From contig JAZSAQ010000101.1 of the NCBI GenBank assembly GCA_045601985.1, positions 17,019-81,018 of the forward strand: 64,000 nt of DNA. The letters are read 5' to 3'. Source of the stretch: Lawsonibacter sp. GTDB taxonomy: Bacteria; Bacillota; Clostridia; Oscillospirales; Oscillospiraceae. A program made the position numbers and the translations under genes. Positions 41,707-50,701 of this stretch are shown in pieces. Position 1 is the first letter of the stretch. Every line of letters begins with the position of its first letter. The notes below the pieces were generated by a model that was given only the letters and a program-made list of their open reading frames with translations, had not been told where the DNA came from and did not search any database.

Positions 41707-41763
41707 TTGACAAAGCAACCAAAAGTATGTAATATAACAATCACGATACAGAACGCTTGTTCG
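41707..41763 (+). promoter_or_regulatory. sigmaA promoter followed by LexA/DinR box
   Basis: TTGACA-17-TAATAT; AGAAC-GCTT-GTTCG at 41750-41763 just before the RBS. Confidence 0.65.
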
Positions 41764-41775
41764 AAAGGAGGCAGT

Positions 41776-42381
41776 ATGAACGAGTTTGACGTTCACGATA
41801 CAATCGTTAACCCAATCACATATAACGACTTGGTTTTGATGGCCCAAAATATCAACCCTGCAAGCGGCAGGAGTTTGCGCGACGAGCTGGTTGTGCTTTT
41901 GGACGCTGTGCGCACAGAAGCTTTGGAGTGTTATGATGCGCACGTAGAGGATATCTATGCTGCGGCTTTTCCGAACGAGCGGGAGGAGCTAGTTTTGCCC
42001 AATGGGTGGAGCGAAACTGGTTGTGAGCTGTTGGCCAAGGAAATCCAGCGGTGGCTGTGCCAAAACGAACTGTGGATGGATGTGTCCATTTACTACAACG
42101 GCAAACGGATGAGTACCCACGGCGAGGTCGACGGGAAGAGTGTGTCCCGCCACAACGGCGAGCCGTTCTTTGAGGAGGACAAAGACCCCCGAGATTACTT
42201 TGAGTATGTAGCAAATCCGCACGTCCTCAGTATGAGTTTTGAGGGTCCTTTGTACGCAGTCTTGAACGGGTATTGCCAGGGCTCAGGCAGGCTCGAAAAG
42301 GAATTTTCCAATCTGCTGCGGCGCTGGGGTTTATATTACGAGCTGGGCGATGCCTGGAACCTGACGGTTGCGGGGGTGTGA
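41776..42381 (+). CDS. Hypothetical protein
   Basis: AAAGGAGG RBS, 201 aa. Confidence 0.7.
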   Translation: MNEFDVHDTIVNPITYNDLVLMAQNINPASGRSLRDELVVLLDAVRTEALECYDAHVEDIYAAAFPNEREELVLPNGWSETGCELLAKEIQRWLCQNELWMDVSIYYNGKRMSTHGEVDGKSVSRHNGEPFFEEDKDPRDYFEYVANPHVLSMSFEGPLYAVLNGYCQGSGRLEKEFSNLLRRWGLYYELGDAWNLTVAGV

Positions 42382-42385
42382 TGGG

Positions 42386-43144
42386 GTGAAGAAAATCATC
42401 AATCCGTGCACCTGCCAGGTGTATGACGGCAGATTTTATAATGCCTTTGCAAGCATCTCCTACCACGACGGCATACTCAGTATCCACGGAGTCGTCGGTC
42501 CCCAGAGAGACGGCAATTGTTATGGAGGTGCCGGCCAGTGCGTTGATGCGATCCGCGCCGGAACACCCAAAGCACCGTGGACGGCTGAAATGTTGCAACA
42601 GTTCTGCGACATTTGGGACCGGTGGCACCTTAACAATCTGCGCCCGTACTGTGCCCACCAAAAAGAGTTGGGGTGGGATGTGCAGGCTCGCGAACCTATC
42701 ATTTTGCGCCACTATCGCTTGAAAGTAGAAGCGCGCAGAGAACAAAACAAAGCCGAAGAGGCTGCCCTTGGTGCTCTGCGTAAAGGTGAGCCATTCACTC
42801 CTACCGAAGAACAGACATTCTATGCAGCTTTGCCTTATGCTGTGAAAGTCTACGGCGATGCTCCGGTGGCCGAGGATTTTTTCCGGGTTTACGAACCAAA
42901 GAAGCCGTTGTACACAGGAGATACCGGCGCCGAGGAACACAAACGCCGCGGCGATGTGTGGTATGGAAATCCAGAGGACAATACGGTTAGCCGTGTACAC
43001 AGCGAGTTGGGAATGCTCTGCAAGCCGTGTCCTGTTTGTGGTTACAAGTATGGAACGGCGTGGCAAATGGAGGAAGTTCCTGTAGAGGTCATTTCCTGGC
43101 TCGAAAATTTGCCCGACACACCGGTGCAACCGGCTTGGGTTTAA
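42386..43144 (+). CDS. Hypothetical protein with C-terminal CPVC
   Basis: WDRWHLNNL, KPCPVCGYKYGTAW. Confidence 0.7.
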   Translation: MKKIINPCTCQVYDGRFYNAFASISYHDGILSIHGVVGPQRDGNCYGGAGQCVDAIRAGTPKAPWTAEMLQQFCDIWDRWHLNNLRPYCAHQKELGWDVQAREPIILRHYRLKVEARREQNKAEEAALGALRKGEPFTPTEEQTFYAALPYAVKVYGDAPVAEDFFRVYEPKKPLYTGDTGAEEHKRRGDVWYGNPEDNTVSRVHSELGMLCKPCPVCGYKYGTAWQMEEVPVEVISWLENLPDTPVQPAWV

Positions 43145-43282
43145 GGAGGGATACCGTGTTGCAGTGTACAATCGAAGCCGCTGACAAGATGGCGACATTG
43201 CGCCTGTTGCGGCAGGTCTATATGAAGTTGTCTATCGGTCAGACCGGCGGACCTTTGCTGGACACCGATGGCAAGAAAGTAG

Positions 43283-43498
43283 GTGAATGGTCTTATGAAG
43301 AGAAAAACTAAGAAAACCTACCGTGTGCGTTGTGAGGTCAACATGGACGCATCTCGTGAGGCAACCGTCCTGGTTGTGGCAACCAAACCCAAGCTGGCCT
43401 ACAAAAAAGCCGAGCAGGAGCTGAAACGGCAGGGTTTCTTCTGTGTCTTTGCGAGAGATTGCGAGGAGGTGGTGGAAGATGAGCTGTCCTGCAGTTAA
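43283..43498 (+). CDS. Hypothetical protein
   Basis: Short ORF in a coupled run. Confidence 0.5.
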   Translation: MNGLMKRKTKKTYRVRCEVNMDASREATVLVVATKPKLAYKKAEQELKRQGFFCVFARDCEEVVEDELSCS

Positions 43499-43676
43499 CT
43501 CCAAGATCCACCTCGAAGACCCTGTTAAGGCTATCATAGCCGGTGGATACGAGGGCGAGGCTATTCTGATATTGATGGCCAGTTTCCAAGAACGCTACCA
43601 GGCACTCGTCCAAAAGCGCGCAGAGTGCGCGGCCGCGCTGAACGACCTGCGAGCTCAGATGAAAGGAACGATGTAA
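43443..43676 (+). CDS. Hypothetical protein
   Basis: Short ORF in a coupled run; start probably at the internal Met. Confidence 0.45.
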   Translation: MSLREIARRWWKMSCPAVNSKIHLEDPVKAIIAGGYEGEAILILMASFQERYQALVQKRAECAAALNDLRAQMKGTM

Positions 43677-44039
43677 CAATGCTACACATCAAGTTGGCTC
43701 AACTTTTTACGCGAAAAGTTCCTGGGTTGACTCCGAATACATACCTTGTATGTGGCCTTATCAACACAGAAACACCCATCCAAGCAGAGTCGGTTTATAC
43801 TCTGCTCGGCACTCCAGCCGGCTTGTGCATTGTCGGCCAAGAAGATCGGACTTCCGAGGCGCGAGGCAATGGACTCGACGGCATTATGGGAAGTCCGTTC
43901 TGGAAATTGAGATAGAGGGTTTTTGGTCCGGCCTTGGGGCATTGGGAAGGTCGGAGTAATTGTGTGGCAAAGTGCCTGGTGGGAAATAGCGCCGCCAACC
44001 TATCAGAGCGGCACGGCGTCCGAGCACACAGCCAAATAT

Positions 44040-44107
44040 GCCCACTTAGCTCAGAGGTAGAGCAGCCCCGGATGGGCGCGTCGCGGGTTCGAGTCCCGCA
44101 GTGGGCA
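44040..44107 (+). tRNA. tRNA-like pseudogene with truncated anticodon arm
   Basis: Acceptor GCCCACT/AGTGGGC, D arm GCTC/GAGC, T arm GCGGG-TTCGAGT-CCCGC; anticodon arm only 4 bp with 5-nt loop; no CCA. Confidence 0.6.
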
Positions 44108-44205
44108 CTTTGGGTGGACGCACCCAAAAATTAGGGGCCGAGTTGGTGTCAAAGGCAGGACACTCTCCGTCCAGATGGCGTACGCAGCCAACTCGCCCTA
44201 ATTAC

Positions 44206-44281
44206 GCCTCGTTAGCTCAGTTGGTAGAGCAGTGCCCTTTTAAGGCATTGGTCCGGAGTTCGAGTCTCCGACGGGGCACCA
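44206..44281 (+). tRNA. tRNA-Lys(TTT)
   Basis: Full cloverleaf, loop CTTTTAA, encoded CCA. Confidence 0.95.
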
Positions 44282-44390
44282 GGCGGTTTTGTTCCGCCAA
44301 CGATGGGCAGACAGAGCAGACAGAGATGACACAGGGTCATTCGTCTTGGCAAAGCGGAAAGACGCTTGACGGTGGGACAGACCACTCTAT

Positions 44391-44466
44391 TGCAGAGAGG
44401 ACAAACGGTTAAGTCACGGGCCTCATAAGCCCTGGGGCGCAGGTTCGACTCCTGCCTCTGCAACCA
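44391..44466 (+). tRNA. tRNA-Met/Ile2(CAT)
   Basis: Cloverleaf, loop CTCATAA, acceptor TGCAGAG/CTCTGCA, CCA. Confidence 0.88.
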
Positions 44467-44651
44467 TGTGCCGTTTGTAGCAAATAGTCTTTGGGTCAGA
44501 GATGTTCCAGATTTGCAAACGAGAACACATTAAGAAAAGGTGTAGGCGCGAACTGATTTCTGGATAGGTTCATGGCATAACCTCGGACGGGTGTGTTTGG
44601 TTGGAGCATCGTAAAGAGATGTGCGGTTGGGGGACCTTAACCTCGCCAAAA

Positions 44652-44727
44652 GCTCCCATGGACAAGTTGGTTAAGTTGCCGCCCTTTCACGGCGGAGGCT
44701 CGGGTTCGAATCCCGATGGGAGTACCA
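44652..44727 (+). tRNA. tRNA-Glu(TTC)
   Basis: Cloverleaf, CCGCC-CTTTCAC-GGCGG, CCA. Confidence 0.93.
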
Positions 44728-44996
44728 GTCCGCCGGTTGGGGGAGTCGTGCGACAAAACGAACAAGTTGGCTTCATAAGGGTTGTGTGCGCCTGTGTGCG
44801 GCAGCGACCGCCAGCGGCTAAAAGCGTTGACCCACAACGCTAAAAGACTCCGAGGACGAGGGCAGCAAAAACCGGATAGCCTGCCAAGTGCCGCGCGGCA
44901 CAGAAAATCTGGAAAGAACATCAGCTCGGGGTGTTCCACGTCGTCTTGAGAGGAGGGGTTAGGGGCGACACCAAATCATCGAAAAGGAGGCACAGC

Positions 44997-45149
44997 ATGG
45001 AGCATTTTGTTTGGCAACATATCGAGTTTGACGATGGTAGCAATCCGTATATCTGTAAGACTGCAGAGGCTATGGATGTGATGCAACAGAAGTACACCTT
45101 GGTGCCTCTGCGAGATAATTTCTGGCTCGCCAAGACGAGCAAAGGATAA
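44997..45149 (+). CDS. Small hypothetical protein
   Basis: AGGAGG RBS; FDDGSNPYICKT. Confidence 0.55.
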   Translation: MEHFVWQHIEFDDGSNPYICKTAEAMDVMQQKYTLVPLRDNFWLAKTSKG

Positions 45150-45167
45150 TTTGATAGGAGGATAGTT

Positions 45168-45434
45168 ATGCCATTTGGTATTCCAAGCGAAGATTTTCGC
45201 GGAGGCTTTGGACTCGACGAACAGCCGGCCGCAGCGGCGGCAATCGCGTTGACAGCCCAAGAAGCTGAGTTCTTGGCAGGGCTTGTGGACACGCATCTTT
45301 ACAATAAAAGATGCGCATTGGGCAAGGTGCTTGCCGACCCTGAGTTCTATATCGACGATCCGGACAAGTTGAGGGAGCAAGTTCGCTTCGCCAGAGGCGT
45401 TTTGTCCAAGCTCCAAGGAGGGCCGAATGAATAA
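45168..45434 (+). CDS. Hypothetical protein
   Basis: AGGAGG RBS, 88 aa. Confidence 0.55.
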   Translation: MPFGIPSEDFRGGFGLDEQPAAAAAIALTAQEAEFLAGLVDTHLYNKRCALGKVLADPEFYIDDPDKLREQVRFARGVLSKLQGGPNE

Positions 45435-45589
45435 CGATGAGCGTTTCTACAAGCTGTGCGAATGCGTGAGAGATCTCATAGACGTCCTTCCCAACGATCC
45501 GAACCTTGACTGGATACGGAAAGAAGTGGTGGAGATTATGAAAGACGTCGATGCGGAATGAGCAAATGACGATTTTGTGAGGTGGCATT

Positions 45590-45784
45590 ATGACACTGTG
45601 GAAAGTTGACAGGTATTATCACAATAGCAATGTGCCAGTTTATGAAGTTATGCCCTACAATTTACGAGGACATTTGATGTGTTGTTGGAAATGGTATGGC
45701 ATTAAAGGATTGAAGTGGTGCTATATGTTTAAGAAGCAGGCCGAGCGCAAAGCGATGAAGTTGAACAAGCGCAACAAAGAGTGA
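45590..45784 (+). CDS. Hypothetical protein
   Basis: GAGGT RBS, 64 aa. Confidence 0.5.
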   Translation: MTLWKVDRYYHNSNVPVYEVMPYNLRGHLMCCWKWYGIKGLKWCYMFKKQAERKAMKLNKRNKE

Positions 45785-45805
45785 TTTGATGAGAAAGGGG
45801 CATTT

Positions 45806-46015
45806 ATGAGGATTATATCCAAAGGTAACAAGCAGACAACGTGCGAGCGATGTGGTTGTGTTATGGAATATGACGCAAACGACGTGCGCCGCAAAACCGT
45901 AGAGGTTGGTGTTTCAATATGGTTTGATTGGATGACCAAGTCGGCAGAGCGTGAGTACATCAATTGTCCGCAGTGTGGCTTGGAAATTACAATTTCGCAG
46001 ACGTGCTGCAAGTAA
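45806..46015 (+). CDS. Small zinc-ribbon protein
   Basis: CERC...CPQC. Confidence 0.6.
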   Translation: MRIISKGNKQTTCERCGCVMEYDANDVRRKTVEVGVSIWFDWMTKSAEREYINCPQCGLEITISQTCCK

Positions 46016-46018
46016 GAT

Positions 46019-46106
46019 GCGGTGGTGCCGGAGAGGTTGAACGGGACTGACTCGAAATCAGTTTACAGGCAACTGTACGTAGGTTCGAATCCTACCCGCC
46101 GCGCCA
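46019..46106 (+). tRNA. tRNA-Ser(CGA)
   Basis: Cloverleaf with long variable arm, ACTGA-CTCGAAA-TCAGT, CCA. Confidence 0.92.
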
Positions 46107-46271
46107 AAAGGGAGATGCGCTGACCTCTATAGCTCACCCCGGGGTAGCTCCCCACAAAGATGATCAGAGGTTGTCTTGGTTTTACAAGTAAGACTTTCGA
46201 AAACAGAGAAAGGAAACTCAAGATGCATCTGGGTTGGTAAACCTCGCTCCGGCGGAAGCTTCCAACGAAAT

Positions 46272-46382
46272 GGAGAGCGTATGCAAGTGGACAAAGCAAG
46301 GGACCGTAAATCTCTACGTTGTAGACTTGGGTGCACGTGTGGTCTTTACGTTTCGGTGGTTCGAATCCATCCCTCTCCACCA
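46272..46382 (+). tRNA. Atypical tRNA-Tyr(GTA) with very long variable arm
   Basis: Acceptor GGAGAG/CTCTCC, AGGGA-CCGTAAA-TCTCT, about 39-nt variable region, GGTTCGAATCC, CCA. Confidence 0.7.
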
Positions 46383-46385
46383 TAT

Positions 46386-46460
46386 AGCGGTATAGCCAAG
46401 CGGTAAGGCACGGGACTTTGACTCCCGCATTCGCTGGTTCGAATCCAGCTGCCGCTGCCA
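46386..46460 (+). tRNA. tRNA-Gln(TTG)
   Basis: Cloverleaf, CGGGA-CTTTGAC-TCCCG, CCA. Confidence 0.93.
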
Positions 46461-46657
46461 TAGCGATATATCTTTGGCGGATCTGCCTATCCGCCGCCAA
46501 AATCGTTGAAAGGGGTGAGCCCAATGGTCCTGTAAGCGCATACTGAATGTTACCGGAAGAATGTAAAACTCAGCCTGTTAGCCCCAGGCAGGAAGCCACT
46601 CATCGATACTGGGGTATTTTTGCACCCTTTTTTAGGGTAGTACCTATCAACAAACAT

Positions 46658-46960
46658 GAATTTTATGGCGTATTGCCACACCGTGGCTCTCTCGATTTGA
46701 TTGGGAGAACAGGGCAGGTGGAGTGAAGGACAAGGACACACCTCCGGAAGACGACCGTGAGCCTCTCGCACTAGAACCCCAAGGTAACTGGTTTCAGCGA
46801 GGTCACGATGGTACGAAATCCGTACAACCCTTGCAAACACAGCATTGATGAGAACAAGCACTCCAAATCTGCTCACAGCAATGAAGAACTTATCATCTTC
46901 AGAAATACCCTGGAAAGGGTCCCTTCGCTAATCCAAGAGGTTATTCTGGCCATAAAATTC
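46658..46960 (+). ncRNA. Retron-like msr/msd element R1
   Basis: Terminal IR GAATTTTATGGC/GCCATAAAATTC, G46670 opposite G46948, hairpins GCCAC-acc-GTGGC and TCTCTCGAT-ttg-ATTGGGAGA. Confidence 0.8.
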
Positions 46961-46985
46961 GACAACAACAGAAAGGACTGTATGT

Positions 46986-47378
46986 ATGACTATCAAAGTA
47001 ATGAACGACAACACCCTGCTGGTCATTAAGTCTGACCACTCCCTGGAGAACATCAAAAACCTGGAGGAGCAGGACCCCAGCGCCCTGTGCCGGCGCAACG
47101 AAGACGGCGACCCCCTGTTCACCATCGCTGTCGCCAAGAGCGGCGAAGGCCGTCTGAACAACGTGGGGGCTGAGTTTGCCCCCGTGGCCGGCAACGACGG
47201 CAAAGCCAAGATTACCATCACCCTTCCCGCCTGTGACGATGTGAGGGAGTATATCGCCGATAAGTATGGCGTCGCCATCACTTATCTGGTGAGTATGGAC
47301 AGTGATCTGGGCAATGCTCTGACCACTGCCCGCAACCGCAAGAACCAGGTTCTCGGCATGATCAACGTTGTCGAGTAA
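46986..47378 (+). CDS. Hypothetical protein, first gene of the Ubl operon
   Basis: 130 aa, AAAGGA RBS, high-expression codon bias. Confidence 0.75.
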   Translation: MTIKVMNDNTLLVIKSDHSLENIKNLEEQDPSALCRRNEDGDPLFTIAVAKSGEGRLNNVGAEFAPVAGNDGKAKITITLPACDDVREYIADKYGVAITYLVSMDSDLGNALTTARNRKNQVLGMINVVE

Positions 47379-47399
47379 TTAAAAAGGAGGAAAGCAGAA

Positions 47400-47633
47400 A
47401 TGATCAGAGTTATTGTTCGTAACAACGTTTCCCGCACCAGCTTCGACGTGTCCGAGGACATGACCGTCGGCGCCTTTATGGACGCTCACGAAGAGGTCAT
47501 TGACCGCACCAAGACCCCCATGCTCAACGGCGTGACCATCGACGCCGAGGTCCGTAATCAGACCTTCGGCCAGCGCTGCAACGGCCTGGAGTCTGTCGTG
47601 CTGTCCTATACCAAAAACTCCGAAGGCAACTAA
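47400..47633 (+). CDS. Putative prokaryotic ubiquitin-like (beta-grasp) protein
   Basis: 77 aa, IRVIV...SFDVSEDMTVGAFM...MLNG pattern, small-residue C-terminus SEGN, context with E1/E2/JAB. Confidence 0.6.
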   Translation: MIRVIVRNNVSRTSFDVSEDMTVGAFMDAHEEVIDRTKTPMLNGVTIDAEVRNQTFGQRCNGLESVVLSYTKNSEGN

Positions 47634-47640
47634 TTTTATC

Positions 47641-47805
47641 CTTGCGAGGGATACCTACAAAGGGCTCTCAATGTCATTGAGAGTGTTTGTTTAAGAGCAG
47701 ACGCCGCAGAAGCCCGTTATCGACGGCAAAATTGCCAGTTTCAACGGGCTTCTGGGGCTCATTTGCAACATCCCCAAAAGGTTAGCGGGATGTTTAGCTC
47801 GCAAG
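47641..47805 (+). ncRNA. Retron-like msr/msd element R2 (short)
   Basis: IR CTTGCGAG/CTCGCAAG, opposing Gs, GCTCTCAAT-gtc-ATTGAGAGT hairpin, internal stem CAGAAGCCCGTT/AACGGGCTTCTG. Confidence 0.75.
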
Positions 47806-47824
47806 AAAATGAAAGGAGAAAGGT

Positions 47825-49141
47825 ATGCTACCAAGAGAGTATTTGCGGTTTGGCAACCGCGAAACCATTCAAATGCTGTTTCCCGATTTGCGGGTTGAGG
47901 CGTTGAGTGATTACATATCGATACTAGCCATGATTCTGTTTGGGGAGCGCACGTCGGTTCATCCTTTGCGGATTGGGTGTGTTGTGGGACGGGCACCGCT
48001 TGAGGCACCTGATTGCGTCGAAATCTGCTATGGACCAGTGTCGTGCACCTATGACGACGCATGGAAAGCGGTAGGGGCGACAAAGCTCATCGAGCAGAAG
48101 TGGGACGTCTACGTTCGAGTTTTTGTCAACCGAGAGTTGCGATGCAGCCACATGTACATTGGGGACATCCCCGGCGGCGACGGAGCTGCGGCGCGTGCAA
48201 TCGGAGCTCTGCTTCCGCAGGCCGCACCGTGGATGTTTGCTGCGGTTGCTTTGACCGACTGGGAAAAGGAGTTGTGCACGTCTCTTTTGGCCGCAAAGCC
48301 TACCCTTGCGGAGGCAAAAATCAAGCAGTATTTCGAAGAACGAGCATTCTTCGAAACCAAGCTTAAACAAGCACAAATGCGTGGCTTTGTTGACGGCCTG
48401 CTGGAAGCGAAATTGTCCGCCCTCAAACTTCAGGAGGCAACGATCCATTCGCTCATTCTTGAAGCCGAGCAAAAACATAATGAGTTGATGGCCGAGCAAC
48501 ATTCGATTGCACTCAAAATATTGGGTGTGCGCGCTGAACATCGAGACTCTAATATCGAAGATTTTGTGACCGCCCTCGTCGCAAATCCTAATTGTCAGAT
48601 CGTACAAGCCAGAGGGACCAGTCTGACCATTGCGGTGGCCGGCACCATCACTAATCACAACGAAAGCACCTATCGTATTATGGCGCGAGAAAAGCACTCT
48701 GCTCTCTACCCGCCTTCTTGCAATGCATCCTTGATGCAACTTGTGTGGGACGAGCTTTTCCTTAAAGATCGATATCGCATCCAATGCTCTGGCGCCATCT
48801 CGATTTGTCTGGACGGAGGTTATGTGGAAGTTATTAGGGGAGTGGCGGGCAACTTCCCCAACGCGATGCCCAACCCCCATATGTATCACTACGCATGCGC
48901 CGGAGGCTTTAGGGTGATGTATCGTGAAGCTATGGAACGCAACGATTGTGCCGATGTTTTGGATATCGCGTTCAGCGAAGTCAAAAACATCAACTGGGCA
49001 GACACCACCGTCGTAAGCCGCTTCGTCCAAGACGTTATCGGCCGCTGGAGAGATACGGCGTGTATTTGGGACAAAGACGAAAAGGTTTTTATCACGCCGC
49101 AAAACCTGATAGATAGAGTTGGAGGTGCAGAAAATGCCTGA
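47825..49141 (+). CDS. Coiled-coil protein with putative C-terminal E2-like domain
   Basis: PNPHMYHYACAGG resembles the HPH...C signature of prokaryotic E2; lies between Ubl and JAB genes. Confidence 0.55.
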   Translation: MLPREYLRFGNRETIQMLFPDLRVEALSDYISILAMILFGERTSVHPLRIGCVVGRAPLEAPDCVEICYGPVSCTYDDAWKAVGATKLIEQKWDVYVRVFVNRELRCSHMYIGDIPGGDGAAARAIGALLPQAAPWMFAAVALTDWEKELCTSLLAAKPTLAEAKIKQYFEERAFFETKLKQAQMRGFVDGLLEAKLSALKLQEATIHSLILEAEQKHNELMAEQHSIALKILGVRAEHRDSNIEDFVTALVANPNCQIVQARGTSLTIAVAGTITNHNESTYRIMAREKHSALYPPSCNASLMQLVWDELFLKDRYRIQCSGAISICLDGGYVEVIRGVAGNFPNAMPNPHMYHYACAGGFRVMYREAMERNDCADVLDIAFSEVKNINWADTTVVSRFVQDVIGRWRDTACIWDKDEKVFITPQNLIDRVGGAENA

Positions 49142-49718
49142 TATTGATAAAGCGCAGGTAGTGTTCACTCCTAGCGCATGGGTCAAAATGTGGGCTTTGG
49201 TGGATGCATTCAACTCCGAGGTGGCGTGGAACGCAACCTGCCGCCGAGACCCCGACAATGACCGACGTTTCGTCGTGGACGACATCTTGGTCCACAAACA
49301 GGTTGTGACGGGCGGCACTGTGCGCACCGACCCCGCCGAATATGATGATTGGCTGAACGAGTTCGACGACGAAACATTCAATGCCATTCGTCTGCACGGC
49401 CACAGCCACTATTACTGTGGTGCATTTGCGTCCGGACTGGACACCGAGCTCCAAGAGGACATCACCTCTCAGTTGACCGGAGATATGTTCTACATCTTCA
49501 TGATCGTAAACCGCCGGCGCGATATCTGGATTAAGGTTTGCGACAAAAAGGATGGGTTGGCGAGATGGGGCAACATGGTGGACATTTCGGTAGACTTGCC
49601 CGAATGCAACCTGGATGCTTTCATCAACAATGCCCGCACCTTGGTCGAGAAGAAACCTATTGCGCACACTTACAATCACAAAACCAACGAGGAGGAAGAA
49701 ACAGATGGACCTGGCTAA
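49134..49718 (+). CDS. JAB/MPN domain metalloprotease
   Basis: N-terminal E (SEVAW) and HSH-x7-S-x2-D (HSHYYCGAFASGLD). Confidence 0.85.
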   Translation: MPDIDKAQVVFTPSAWVKMWALVDAFNSEVAWNATCRRDPDNDRRFVVDDILVHKQVVTGGTVRTDPAEYDDWLNEFDDETFNAIRLHGHSHYYCGAFASGLDTELQEDITSQLTGDMFYIFMIVNRRRDIWIKVCDKKDGLARWGNMVDISVDLPECNLDAFINNARTLVEKKPIAHTYNHKTNEEEETDGPG

Positions 49719-50397
49719 ATCTTATGAAGTTTTCCAGCCGGAGAACGTTGCTGAGCGCATCCACATCATTGGATGCGGCGCCGGCGGCTCGACCATCGCC
49801 GAACTGCTGGCTCGGTATGGACTGACCAATATGGTGCTGTACGACGATGACATTGTGGATAGCCACAACATCGCCAACCAGATGTACCGCGCTCACGACA
49901 TCGGCCGCCCCAAGGTTGAGGCGTTGGCCGACATCCTCAAGGAAATCAACCCCGACATTGTTGAGGGCGGATTGACGCTGGTCAACGACCGATACACGGA
50001 CCAGCGCTTGAGTGGCTACGTGTTCCTGTGTGTGGATCGCATCGAGACCCGCAAAGAAATCGTAACAATGCATCGCAACAACCCCAACATCAAGGCAATG
50101 TTTGAGTTCCGCAATCGTTTGTACGACGCACAGCACCGCGCAGCGGACTGGTCCAAGCCGGAGCAGGTGCGCGATCTTCTCAAGTCTATGCAGTTCACGC
50201 ACGAAGACGCAATGCGCGACACTCCTGTTAGTGCGTGCAACCTGCCTTTGTCGGTGGCTCCCACGTTGCGTGTTATTTCGAGCTACGGAGTGGCAAATTT
50301 CGCAAACTTCGTAACCGGCAAGGGGCTTAAGACGTTTGTTCAGATGAACCCCAACGAAGATGAAACTGGCTTCGGTTTTGACATCGAAGCTTATTAA
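49705..50397 (+). CDS. ThiF/E1-like adenylyltransferase
   Basis: IHIIGCGAGGS, YDDDIVDSHNIANQ, GRPKVEAL, FLCVD. Confidence 0.9.
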   Translation: MDLAKSYEVFQPENVAERIHIIGCGAGGSTIAELLARYGLTNMVLYDDDIVDSHNIANQMYRAHDIGRPKVEALADILKEINPDIVEGGLTLVNDRYTDQRLSGYVFLCVDRIETRKEIVTMHRNNPNIKAMFEFRNRLYDAQHRAADWSKPEQVRDLLKSMQFTHEDAMRDTPVSACNLPLSVAPTLRVISSYGVANFANFVTGKGLKTFVQMNPNEDETGFGFDIEAY

Positions 50398-50404
50398 ACT
50401 GTAA

Positions 50405-50680
50405 CCATAGCGAATAGTCAAGTTTTGACGCACTCAATGTGATTGGGTGCATGGCGAAGTTCGAGGAAGAGGAAAGGGAGGAACACCTAAATCGGACCCC
50501 AGGTCCCGCAAAGTGGGCTGCGCCGAAATCCCTCGTTACGCCGTGCTTACGCCGACCCTTTGTGCCGCAATGGCTGGCGGCACAAACGCACACGCTTAAC
50601 CTTCAACCCTCATCTATTGAAGGATCAAGTTAGCCGGATACCTCAGATCCGCACCGCGATTCTATGCATTTTGGCTATGG
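50405..50680 (+). ncRNA. Retron-like msr/msd element R3 (directly upstream of RT)
   Basis: IR CCATAGC/GCTATGG, G50412 opposite G50673, hairpins GTCAA-gtt-TTGAC and GCACTCAAT-gtg-ATTGGGTGC. Confidence 0.75.
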
Positions 50681-50701
50681 AACAAGAAAGGAGCAATTAT
50701 T

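Noticed and set aside
44471-44521. Ninth retron-like copy (CGTTTGTA...TGCAAACG)
   Set aside because: Only about 50 nt, and lacks both scaffold hairpins and the opposing Gs.
47924-49387. 487-aa minus-strand ORF and similar long antisense ORFs (38219-39505, 18378-19499, 23938-24981, 17413-18303)
   Set aside because: Shadows of well-supported genes on the opposite strand, with no RBS or recognisable motifs.
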